A stretch of 63,420 nucleotides of DNA, the filler included, from Octopus bimaculoides (taxonomy: Eukaryota): the NCBI RefSeq assembly GCF_001194135.2. It is 4 parts of 4 records of this genome, joined end to end, with 100 filler letters (N's around TTAATTAATTAA, not from the genome) between each part and the next. Parts side by side here need not be neighbours in the genome. Positions count along the whole stretch, not along the records: positions 1 to 17,559 come from NC_068993.1; 3 more parts are not named here. One strand, written 5' to 3'. Position numbers and translations under genes: made by a program. Positions 1 through 10,970 of the stretch are shown in pieces (the first letter of the stretch is position 1; every line of letters starts with the position of its first letter). The notes under the pieces were generated by a model. The model saw only the letters and a program-made list of their open reading frames with translations. It was not told the DNA's origin and searched no databases.

Positions 1-772
1 ATATATATATATCCATCTATCTATATGTGTATATATATATATGTCATAAGCTTCTGTAACGTGAGAAATGATATGTTTAAATGCCACCAACTGAAAAATG
101 GTATGGACATTTGTTCCCACCCAACATTTCACGTACATTTATGTGTGAAAGTGTGTGTGTGTATGTGTGTCCATAAGTGCATGCACACACGCACGCACAT
201 GCACACACATGTATTACACTTTTACATGAAGAGGGGTGACAGTGATTTTGAAATTTTGGCTTGCAAACCGAAACTCCGAAGCCACCGTTACCTCTTTTAT
301 CACAACAGAACTCTAAATAACTTTATACTCTACAAAATGCATTGAGTAATTCTTCAGTTTCATGTTAAATTGTTTTTAATATAATTCAACATAAAAAACA
401 AACGTTTATACATGTTTGTATATATGTACAAATGTATACATACATGCATATTTTACGATAGAAAAATAAAATAAAATTATATTTAAAAATACGTATTTAC
501 ACACTGATTCACATATATATATTTATTATAGACATATGTATATGTAGATGCTTATATAAAATCCCAGACTCATTTTCTAAGTCTCCAAAGACACTGAACA
601 CATCTTGGTCTTCTTGAGTTTCTGACGTAGGATATTCATGACATCCTTTTGGGAAAATACGCATGTTTTGCTTTGCTGTCCTACAGAGTTCTTTCACAAT
701 TTTGACAAACTTATTCCATGAGTGCGTGTGTGTGCTGATATCTTCACCAAATAAGATTTGTCAGAGTTTTAG

Positions 773-833
<61 letters not shown>

Positions 834-1103
834 ATATGTGTGCGTGTGTGTATATACATATATATATGTAGAGAGAGAGAGAGAGAGAGAGAAAAGGATG
901 CAGAGAAAAGGATAATTCTTTATTAATACAGTTCTACATTTAAGAGATGAGGAACACCACTGGAAAATACGAAGACTAAAAGAAGCAGCACATATGCTAG
1001 GACACAACAACCTCCTAAGCAGACCGAGTGCAGATATAAGTAACATATGGGAACCATTATTAAGGAAGGATAGGAAAATATTAGATTTATAAGCCCTAAA
1101 ATT

Positions 1104-1176
1104 CACTCCATATGGCATAGTGGTTAAGAACGCGGGCTACTAACCCCAAGATTCCGAGTTCGATTCCAAGCAGTGA
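1104..1176 (+). promoter_or_regulatory. tRNA-derived internal Pol III promoter (A and B boxes), not a functional tRNA
   Basis: A box TGGCATAGTGG at 1113-1123 and B box GTTCGATTCC at 1158-1167 with tRNA spacing. The acceptor and anticodon stems are degenerate. Confidence 0.75.
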
Positions 1177-1270
1177 CCTGAATAATAATGATAATAATAT
1201 TAATAATAATAACGACAACAACATCGAAAAATACCTTAGGAATGAGAACCCAGGTTCGAAATTTCCTCAA

Positions 1271-1316
1271 GACACCTGATGAAGGCTGGAGAGTATTTCA
1301 GCCAAAACGTTGTGTT
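1271..1316 (+). ncRNA. Minimal type I hammerhead ribozyme motif (PLE type); this copy has a G12A change
   Basis: Stem I ACAC (1272-1275) pairs with GTGT (1312-1315). Core CTGATGA at 1276-1282, then an extra A. Stem II GGCTGGA/TTCAGCC (1284-1290/1297-1303). AAAA replaces GAAA at 1304-1307. Palindromic AACGTT stem III with a GUU triplet. Confidence 0.75.
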
Positions 1317-1620
1317 AACAACAAAAAATATGAGGACAAATATCCGTCAAATATAAATAATGTAATTCTTTATTAGTGCTTTCGTTCGTCTAACCAAACT
1401 CTTCCAAAAAATAAAAGATATATGCATGTATGTATGTATAGATACATATATAAATGCACGCATATATATATATATACACACACACATGCCCATACGCTAT
1501 ATGTAGTATATGTCACATATTGTAATCCTGGACAATGTTATCAGTCTCTTGCTGCTATCAAATTGATTTGTCCTCAATTGATCCAAACCAGTGGCTCCCA
1601 CTTTCCACCCCCTGCTCACT

Positions 1621-1693
<73 letters not shown>

Positions 1694-2682
1694 TATATCC
1701 ATACATAATGTACACAGCGACATCTATATGTATACATACAAGCATATATGGGTACAGGACATCACAAAAAACGTTAAACACAATGAGAAACGAAAACATA
1801 AAGACGAAGACAGAAAACGAACTTTTTTTCAAACGAAGAAAACAAAAAGAGAAACGAGACATGCAGCATAAAGAATATTACCCTTCTTCAGTTGTCCCTG
1901 TTCCATCTACACCGCGTTCCGAAGGCAAGGACAATACGCGACTTCGTTGGAGCAGTCCTTCCCGCAAGCAAATTAATTAAAATGTGAAAGTGTAAACAAG
2001 AACAGGACAGTGAGAACAAGACAGAACAATAAGAACAAACGGTAAGGGCTGTTAGGCCAAGACGATAGAAAAATTATTTTGAACGCATCAGAGAGTGAAA
2101 AAATTTTCGTCTTCTCTATAGGAAGGCAGGAAATAGAAAGAAAGAATCCCTTTCGTCACGTGTCAGCGACGAGAGGGTCAAGGAGGAGGAGTGAGAGAGG
2201 GAACGGTGAAAGGAAGAGAAGAATCGGGGAGGGTTGGGAGAGAAAAACAGAAAGGATGAGCCTTCGTGAGTGTGTATGTGTTTGTATATATGCATTTATG
2301 TCTGTATATGTACTGTATATCTACTCTGGTTTAGCATTCTTGAGCTTTTACCATTGAATTTGCCCAAGCGTAGCTTCTCAATGCATTTCAAAGATAATTT
2401 TTTTTTATTATATACTGCTCCAATCTCATGACTTAGTTTCTACATATACTGGTTCAATTTTAAGAATTAGGTTTTGTATAAGAATTCTATAAGTTCTTAT
2501 TTCTACAGAAGTATGCTTTTGAAAGGTTTTACTTGGTTTTCTTGGTATTTCAAAGTTGTTTCTGAAACATTACAGCCTCATGTATTTAAACATAGCAGAA
2601 ATATCATGATATTCCAATATCTTATAGCCATAATTAGATAACTTGCAACTGTTAATTCACTTTCAGGTAAAAGAATTTTCAA

Positions 2683-2915
2683 AAAGGTGGTGAGCTAGCA
2701 GAAACGTTAGAACGCCGGGCGAAATGTTTTGCGGTATTTCGTCTGCCACTACGTTCTGAATTCAAATTCTGCCGAGGTCGACTTTGCCTTTCATCCTTTC
2801 GGGGTCCATCAGATAAGTACCGGTTACGCACTGGGGTCGATATAATCGACTTAATCCGTTTGTGTGTCCTTGTTTGTCCCCTCTGTGTGTAGCCCCTTGT
2901 GGGCAGTAAAGAAAT
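2683..2915 (+). mobile_element. SINE family A (GGCGGTGAGCTGGCAGAA head) with 12-bp target-site duplication
   Basis: tRNA-like head with B-box-like GAATTCAAATTC. TSD AAGAATTTTCAA at 2671-2682 and 2916-2927. More than ten related copies occur in the window. Confidence 0.85.
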
Positions 2916-3479
2916 AAGAATTTTCAATAGAGCCATCTGCTTTTGAAATGATGCAGTAGTGAGAAGACTCATAAGTGAGAAACTTTTATAGAAGGGACAT
3001 CCTCGACGCTACAGAAAATCCAGGAAGATGGTAATCTGGTTTATTCCACCGTACAGCATGAATGTAGTAACCAACATATTCAACTAAAAATTTCTTATCC
3101 TGAGTGTGACAACATTTCCCACCTATGCACAAATACAACAAATCTGTCAACATTTACGAAAAGATATTTTTGTTCAAATATTATTGCTTCCAAAACATCA
3201 TACTCGAACTGAAACTTACAAGAAAGATTCCACTGCAACAACAATGTAGTAATTGCTGAAAACCTCGTAATGGGTATATAGAATGACTATAACATTCTTT
3301 GTTGTAATGAAAGTATAATGGACTTGCAGTGAAAACCTTTAAGAAATGATGCTACCAGCAACTACACTCATACAAACCAAAGTACATGAACTCCATGTCT
3401 TCGTTACAATTCTCTTGGAACTCAGGCTTGGCTCATTGGAATATATTTCAGTAACATTGACTATCTTTGTTTAAGCTGC

Positions 3480-3965
3480 TTTCTATAAAGCAAATGTCTT
3501 CTACTATAGCCTCGGGCTGATCAAAGCCTTGTGAGTGGATTTGGTAGACGGAAACTGAAAGAATCCCGTCGTATATATATATATATATATATATNNNNNN
3601 NNNNNNNNNNNNNNNNNNNNNNNNNNNNNNNNNNNNNNNNNNNNNNNNNNNNNNNNNNNNNNNNNNNNNNNNNNNNNNNNNNNNNNNNNNNNNNNNNNNN
3701 NNNNNNNNNNNNNNNNNNNNNNNNNNNNTATGTATGTGTGTGTGTATATGTTTGTGTGTCTGTGTTTGTCCCCCCAACATCGCTTGAGAACCAATGCTGG
3801 TGTGTTTACGTCCCCGTAACTTAACTATTCAGCAAAAGAGACCGTAAGAATAAGTACTAGGCTTACAAAGAATAAAGTCCTGGGGTCGATTTGCTCAACT
3901 AAAGGTGGTGCTCCAGCATGGCCACAGTCAAATGACTAAAACAAGTAAAAGAGTAAAAAGAGTAT
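3480..3965 (+). mobile_element. SINE family B composite (CORE-like head, (TA)n(TG)n, conserved 3' module)
   Basis: Same module order as 29693-30180. The 5' end is truncated and there is an N gap in the internal microsatellite. Confidence 0.75.
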
Positions 3966-4317
3966 ATATACATATATATATAATTTCTCTTTCGTCTCTC
4001 TCTCTCTCTCTCTGTCTCTCTGTACACTCACACATATTCACACAATTATATGTATTTACCACATGAACATGTAATAAACTGCTAAGAGTTTAATATAAAC
4101 AATATTAAACATAATATTGACATGTTAGCGGTGTAAGAAAGAAGTATGTTATGCATTTCCCATAGGTGCATTTCTTATTATTTTAGAATCTCAAGTCGTT
4201 GTTAACAAATGTATAATATTTGATACTGTGTGTATGTGTGTGAGTGAGTGAGTGTATATTTGGCACGAGGAATAGATATAGATATACATACACATGCACC
4301 CCCCATATATATGTATG

Positions 4318-4386
<69 letters not shown>

Positions 4387-4934
4387 AGGGAGATAGACAT
4401 AAATATATAAGTATAGAAATTAGATACAGATAGACATAGATCTCTTTCTATCTGTCAGTTTCCCTGCCCCTCTCTCATTCTCTCTCTTTCTATATGTCTG
4501 TGTACATTTATAAACTGTGTGTTGTGTGTGTGTCTGTTATTTATGAAGCTGGTAGTGACCCGTTATTTATTGCCGAGTTTTACACATACCAAGTATTTTA
4601 CACAAAATCTGGTGCCAGCATATATACTGAAGTACTCTACATTAAGTACGGAGTCCTCTTTTGTATATTTGCAGTTTCAGATGCTGTAAACATACACAAA
4701 TATCTATCTATCTATCTATCTTTCAGTCAGTCTGTCTCTCATTCTGTGTGTGTGTGTGTGTGTGTATATGAGCGTGCACATGTGGTGTGTATGCGTGTGT
4801 GTGTGAGTGCATGTGTGGTGTGTGTGTATGTGTGTGTGTATATATGTGTATGTGTAATGTGCATTTTATACACACACTCTCTCTATACACACTCACACAT
4901 ATACATACATGTGTGTGTGTGTGCATATATCTTT

Positions 4935-5175
4935 TACTTCTTTCAGTCATTAGACAATGGCTGAACTGCTAAGTTACAGGGATGTAGGCACACCAAAACT
5001 TGTTGTCAATTGCTGGTGGGAAACACACACATACACATACACAAAATGGGATTCTTTCAGTTTCCATCTACCAAGTCCACTCACAAGGCTTTGATCAGCC
5101 TGTGGCTATAGCAGAAGACACCTGTCCAAGGTGCCACATAGTGAGACTGAGACTGGAACCATGTCGTTGAGAAGT
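4935..5175 (-). mobile_element. SINE family B, partial
   Basis: Reverse-complement similarity to 29693-30180. Confidence 0.7.
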
Positions 5176-5473
5176 AATATATATATAACATATAAGAGTA
5201 CTAATAGAGCTTGTTCATCCTTAGAATTCCCAAATAGAAGAAGCCATGGATGTTGTAGCATGGAAATCTAGATTTACTTAGGGAGACAGCAACTGAGTAT
5301 TGCCTGAGGAGATACATACAGATCTTCTTATACAGGTAAATCGTTACATAATTTAATTTAAACTCAACTTTAAATCCTGTATATATGAGGATCTATGTGT
5401 ACCAAAACATTTGTAGCAAATAAAAAGTTGCCTAACCGTACTTACTCTTCCCTTTGACTCTTTCACTTTTTAC

Positions 5474-5518
<45 letters not shown>

Positions 5519-6020
5519 TTGAAATACTCCATACTGCCACCAGACCATAGCAGAACAAACAGCCATTTCTCTACACATAATCCATTATATAATCACTTGT
5601 CTCCATATATACTGAGCAGGAGACAATAAAATATCACAAGAAGTTTCCTATCTGGCCCAGCCTAAACACCAACAAAAGTACAAAGCAAAATGTTTATAAT
5701 AAATGACAAAAGAAAAGAAATTTACAAAATCAAATTAATTATCTAAATTGTTTTACTAAATAGAACAAAACAGCTCTAATGACTAATTACTGTTGCATTC
5801 TCTTAGCATGAAGAGCTGTGAGCCAATGCATTTTTTTTTTTATTATGTAAGCCATGTTAGTCTGACATTTATTATTTGTGTTCTGCTCTATAGTTTTGTT
5901 AATGTAATTCATGGTGCATTTTTTTTTTCATTTCTACACTCACACACATGTATAGGAAGAGAGACATTGGATAGGCAGAAATAAGATGTATATGTATATA
6001 TATATGTATATATGTGCGTT

Positions 6021-6069
<49 letters not shown>

Positions 6070-6251
6070 CCTTTAACTTTGTTTATGGGAAACGTTTTGA
6101 ATACACATATAAAAGCTCTTATTTCATACAGCCTAATGATAACAACTGACAATAACAAATTTTGGGGGTTGCATCATGCTGTGCCAATATAACATGATTT
6201 GTGGAAATTCCCATAACAATGCATTAAAATATTTAGAAATTCCATCCTTGG

Positions 6252-6289
<38 letters not shown>

Positions 6290-6389
6290 TGTGTGTGGGC
6301 TTAGCCGTTTGGTTACTTCATATTAACAGAATCATTAGACTCTACCGCACCCTGAAGCCACAGGCGCTGTCTCATGCATTCTTGTTTCA

Positions 6390-6604
6390 GGCGGTGAGTT
6401 GGCAGAAATGTTAGCATGGTGGGTAAAATGCTCAGCAGTCTTTCAACTGTCTTTACATTCTGAGTTCAAATTCCACCAAGGTTGACTTTGCCTTTCATCC
6501 TTTTGGAGTCGATAAAATAAGTACCAGTTGCATACTGGGGTTGATCTAATTGACTGGCTTCCTCCCCCAAAATTTTGGGCCTTGTGCCTAGAGTAGAAAA
6601 GAAT
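6390..6604 (+). mobile_element. SINE family A copy
   Basis: Similar to 2683-2915. Confidence 0.8.
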
Positions 6605-6663
6605 ATGTATATGTATGCATATATGCATATATGTATGTTTGTGTGTGTATGTGAGTGCATGTC

Positions 6664-7019
6664 GGCACTCCATCGCTTATGACATCGAGAGTTCCAGTTG
6701 ATCCGATCAACAGAACAGCCTGCTCGTGAAATTAACGTGCAAGTGGCTGAGCACTCCACAGACACGTGTACCCTTAACATAGTTCTCGGGGATATTCAGC
6801 GTGACACAGTGTGACAAGGCTGACCCTTTGAAATACAGGTACAACAGAAATAGGAAGAAAGAGTGAGAGAAAGTTGTGGTGGAAGAGTACAGCAGGGTTC
6901 GCCACCATCCCCTGCCGAAGCCTCATGGAGCTTTAGGTGTTTTCGCTCAATAAACAATCACAACGCCCGGTCTGGGAATCGAAACTGCAATCCTATGACC
7001 GCGAGTTCGCTGCCCTAAC
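6664..7019 (-). mobile_element. tRNA-derived SINE family C (5' end lies in an N gap)
   Basis: On the minus strand it reads GTTAGGGCAGCGAACTCGCGGTCATAGGATTGCAGTTTCGATTCCCAGACC. The 5' half matches 20778-20970 and the 3' half matches 54690-54780. Confidence 0.8.
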
Positions 7020-7357
7020 NNNNNNNNNNNNNNNNNNNNNNNNNNNNNNNNNNNNNNNNNNNNNNNNNNNNNNNNNNNNNNNNNNNNNNNNNNNNNNNNN
7101 NNNNNNNNNNNNNNNNNNNNNNNNNNATATATCCCATTAATATAACATGATTTGGGGAAATGCCCATAACAGTGCATTAAAATATTTAGAAATTCCATCC
7201 CTGGATTATTATTATCATCATTATCATTATTATTATCATTATTATTATTATTATTATTGTGTGTGGGTTTAGCCATGTGGTTACCTCATATTAACAGAAT
7301 CATTAGACTCTACTGCACCCTGGAACCACTGACGCTGTGTCATGCATTTTTGTTCAA

Positions 7358-7570
7358 GGCGGCGAGCTGGCAGAATCGTTAGCACACTGGACGAAATGCT
7401 TAGTGGTATTTTGCCTGTCATTACATTCTGAGTTCAAATTCCGCAGGGGTCAACTTTGCCTTTCATCCTTTTGAGGTCGATAAATTTATTACAAGCTGAA
7501 TACTGGTGTTGATGTGATCGACTGTCCCCCTCTGCACAAAATCTAGGTCATGTGCCTATAGTAGAAAGGA
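7358..7570 (+). mobile_element. SINE family A copy (inside a tandem duplication)
   Basis: Similar to 2683-2915 and 6390-6604. Confidence 0.8.
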
Positions 7571-7701
7571 TCATCATCATTATTATTATTATTATTATAA
7601 TTGTGTGTGGGCTTAGCCGTGTGGTTACTTCATATCAACAGAATCATTAGGCTCTACCGCACTTGGAAACCCCTGGTGCTGTCCCATGCAGTTTTGTTTC
7701 A

Positions 7702-7912
7702 GACAGTGAGCTGGCAGAATTGTTAGCATGATGTGCAAAATGCGTGGTGGTGTTTTGTCTGCCACTACATTCTGGGTTCAAATTCCACCGAGGTCGACTT
7801 TGCCGTTCATCTTTTCGGGTGAGATAAATTAAGTACCAATGAAACACTAGGGTTGATGTAATCGACTATGCCCCTCCTACAAAATTTCAGGTCTTGTGCC
7901 ATTAGTAGAAAA
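7702..7912 (+). mobile_element. SINE family A copy (inside a tandem duplication)
   Basis: Similar to 2683-2915 and 7358-7570. Confidence 0.8.
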
Positions 7913-7948
7913 CATTATCATTATTATTATTATTATTATTATTAGTAT

Positions 7949-7992
<44 letters not shown>

Positions 7993-8169
7993 CCAATGTA
8001 GGTAGGATCAACCAAAAATGCACTCTACCCAGTATGAGATAAATATCATTTAATATACACAATTGTAATAGAGTTACCAATAGTTTCATGCCATTTTAAA
8101 GTATCTTGAAAGCATGAAACTATTACTAGCTCTTTAGTAAGTGTGCATATTAAATGATATATATATATA

Positions 8170-8610
8170 TATATTCTTTTATTCTTTTACTTGTTTCAGT
8201 CATTTGACTGTGGCCATGTTGGAGCACTGCCTACAGTTCCTACAGTTGAACAAATTGACCTCAAGACTTATTCTTTGCAAGCCTAGAACTTATTCTGTCA
8301 GTCTCTTCTGCCAAATCACTAAGTTATGGGGATGTAAACATACCAATATTGGTTGTCAAGTGATGGAGGGAGGACAAACACAGACACACACACACACACA
8401 CAGACACACACACACAGACACACACACACACAAACATATACATGAAGACGGGTTTCTTTCAATTTCCATCTACCAAATCCACTCACGAAGTTTTGGTCGG
8501 CCCGAGGCTATAGCAGAAGACACTTATACCCAAGGTGTCACACTGTGGGACTGAACCCAGAACCATGTGGTTGGTAAGCAAGCTTCTTACCACATAGCCT
8601 CTCCTGCATC
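8170..8610 (-). mobile_element. SINE family B composite
   Basis: Reverse complement of the head, (TG)n and 3' module seen at 29693-30180. Confidence 0.8.
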
Positions 8611-9118
8611 TTTCTAGAAGAATAACAAACATACATTAAAAGAAAATAACTCATAAAGAAATGTATATTTGTGTGTGTGTGTGTGTCTATGAAAATGCAG
8701 GGGATTAATAGGTGGTATTCATCAACCTGCAGACATTGTATTGTGTCAATTTACTTGTTTATTTGTTTACTAAAAGGACAATAATAACAATATACAAACA
8801 CATGTGACATATTATGTCATATCAGTAATTATAAAAANNNNNNNNNNNNNNNNNNNNNNNNNNNNNNNNNNNNNNNNNNNNNNNNNNNNNNNNNNNNNNN
8901 NNNNNNNNNNNNNNNNNNNNNNNNNNNNNNNNNNNNNNNNNNNNNNNNNNNNNNNNNNNNNNNNNNNNNNNNNNNNNNNNNNNNNNNNNNNNNNNNNNNN
9001 NNNNNNNNNNNNNNNNNNNGTATCTCCTCCTGAATGATAATAAAGCTGAACTGAAAACCAAGTATATAGTGCATGTATTAATTGGCAAAAAATATGACCA
9101 TCCGCAAATATAACAATA

Positions 9119-9180
<62 letters not shown>

Positions 9181-10189
9181 TATACACCTCTTTATGAGCT
9201 GACTTATTTTTTATCCTGTTAAACCAAACCTATCTATTTGTCTTGATGCTTAATATTTGTCTGTCTATCTATCTATCTATTTATCTATCTACCTATCTAT
9301 CTATCTATCAAACCACATGCTATAATACATACAGAGTAAAAAATACCATTTGGGTATTACAGAAGATTTTCATATTTGGATAGTGTGTCAAACTGTATCA
9401 GAGTCAATCCCTGCGCAGACTGTTTGATGACAACCAGACTACCAGGTATCAGGTTTAAGTCAGGTGAAATGTCTTAAACAGATATAAAATCTGGGTTGCA
9501 CACTCAGCTTGTCACTAGCTTAAAACCCCATTATGTCATGTTCATATATGTATTTATACAGACAAACACATTGAATACATGTGCAACGACACACACACAC
9601 ACATGGGCAAACGCATTTATGTGTGTATGTGTAATATTATGTGTATATGTGTGGGTATTGTTATTATTGCTGCTATCACCATCATCATCAATACTATTCT
9701 CATTATTATTATTATCATGATTATTATTATTATTATTATTATTATTTTCTTATCAATATTCTTCTCCTTCTTCTTCTTGTGTGAGCATGCAAACGTGTGT
9801 AAAACAAAAATCAAGTACACATCACATATTTAATGTTTTACTTGTTCCGTAAAGTCGGCTGTAGAGCATGATTGCACTGTGAGCACAAAAAAACAACAAC
9901 AAAAAAACAAAAAAAATGAAACAGAAGTTGCTCTGAAAGAACTCCTAGTGATATCTGAAAAAATACAGGACGGCCACAGCTGGAACATATGTGTTACAAA
10001 GATAATATGATATCTGTCTTCTTTGTCAAGGGTTTATGCTCAATGCCTCTCCCCACCTAATTTATTTTATTTACAGTGTTGCAGAACTTAAATTTTAATT
10101 TTATCCCCCATGGTTTCTGAGAAATAATAATAACTGTGACCAACCATTTGTCTTTTCTGGAACTAGAAAACGCTTATGTAATTTCTAAA

Positions 10190-10450
10190 TCAACTATAGT
10201 TTCACGTTTGTTGTTGGACTAATATGAAAACTGTCTGGAGTAAAGTTGCTCAACTGGGTGCATATCTCGGAGATCAAGGAATCTCTCCAGACTGAGCCAC
10301 TTTTTCTCTGTATTGAGAAATCACAGTAGCAGTACTATGGATATGTGTTTAGAATGTCACAGGGAAGAATTGCAAGATGGATTCTTCAAGCTGAGCTAAC
10401 TGACAGGAGGCCAAGAGTAAACCAAGAATGTGATAGTTGGATAATAGTCG
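10190..10450 (+). mobile_element. RTE-clade LINE 3' ORF remnant, copy 1
   Basis: Frameshifted translation EIKESLQTEPLFLCIEKSQ..YYGYVFRMSQGRIARWILQAEL..RRPR, typical of the RTE C-terminal W.GHV.RM...R......RPRGRP motif. Confidence 0.7.
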
Positions 10451-10642
10451 CAGTCGCACTGAAATTACAAGGCACTCGAACAATAGCGATTGATAAATCT
10501 AAACATTTTTAAATGCCTTACAATGTTCCTATGAGACATGAGGAATACCTCTGTACTGTCTCTTGTCATGTGACCTGGATTACTTTTGATTGGCGTTTTG
10601 ATTTAGTTATCATCAATGAGTATAGGCATGCTGGAACGTAAT

Positions 10643-10970
10643 CAACAATAGTTTTATTTTGCTGTTGGACTAACACCTAAACCATCCGGAATAATGTTAC
10701 TCAACAGAGTGCATAGCTTGGAGATCAAAGAGTCTCTCCAACCTGAGCCACTACTTCTCTGCATTGAGAAATCATGGTTCCAGTACTCTGAGTATGTAAT
10801 TAGAATGTCACAGGAAAGAATCGCAAGATGGATTCTTCAAACTGACCTAACTGGCAAGTGGTCTAGGGGTAGACCAAGAATGAAATAGTTGTAGTCTCAG
10901 GTGGAGCTACTTTGAAATCTAGCTGGAAAGTGTAATGACAGTTGTTTCTGATAGGACCCTATACAGGAGG
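10643..10970 (+). mobile_element. RTE-clade LINE 3' ORF remnant, copy 2
   Basis: Track ORF 10694-10888 reads EIKESLQPEPLLLCIEKSWFQYSEYVIRMSQERIARWILQTDLTGKWSRGRPRMK. Confidence 0.75.

Larger units (their letters stand above)
913..1375 (+). mobile_element. Penelope-like element 3' terminal module (GIY-YIG C-terminus, tRNA-like head, hammerhead)
   Basis: 946-1092 translates DEEHHWKIRRLKEAAHMLGHNNLLSRPSADISNIWEPLLRKDRKILDL*, resembling the C-terminal W..R..KEA..+....L.R.....S.IW..LL pattern of PLE GIY-YIG endonucleases. A hammerhead-like motif follows. The 13-bp direct repeat TAATTCTTTATTA occurs at 913-925 and 1363-1375. Confidence 0.8.

Noticed and set aside
1104-1176. Genuine tRNA gene
   Set aside because: The acceptor and anticodon stems are poorly paired and it is embedded in a retroelement.
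2960-3140. Minus-strand acceptor opening GKCCHTQDKKFLVEYVGYY...*
   Set aside because: It cannot be linked to other exons or a known protein, and it conflicts with a weak plus-strand candidate at 2992-3030.
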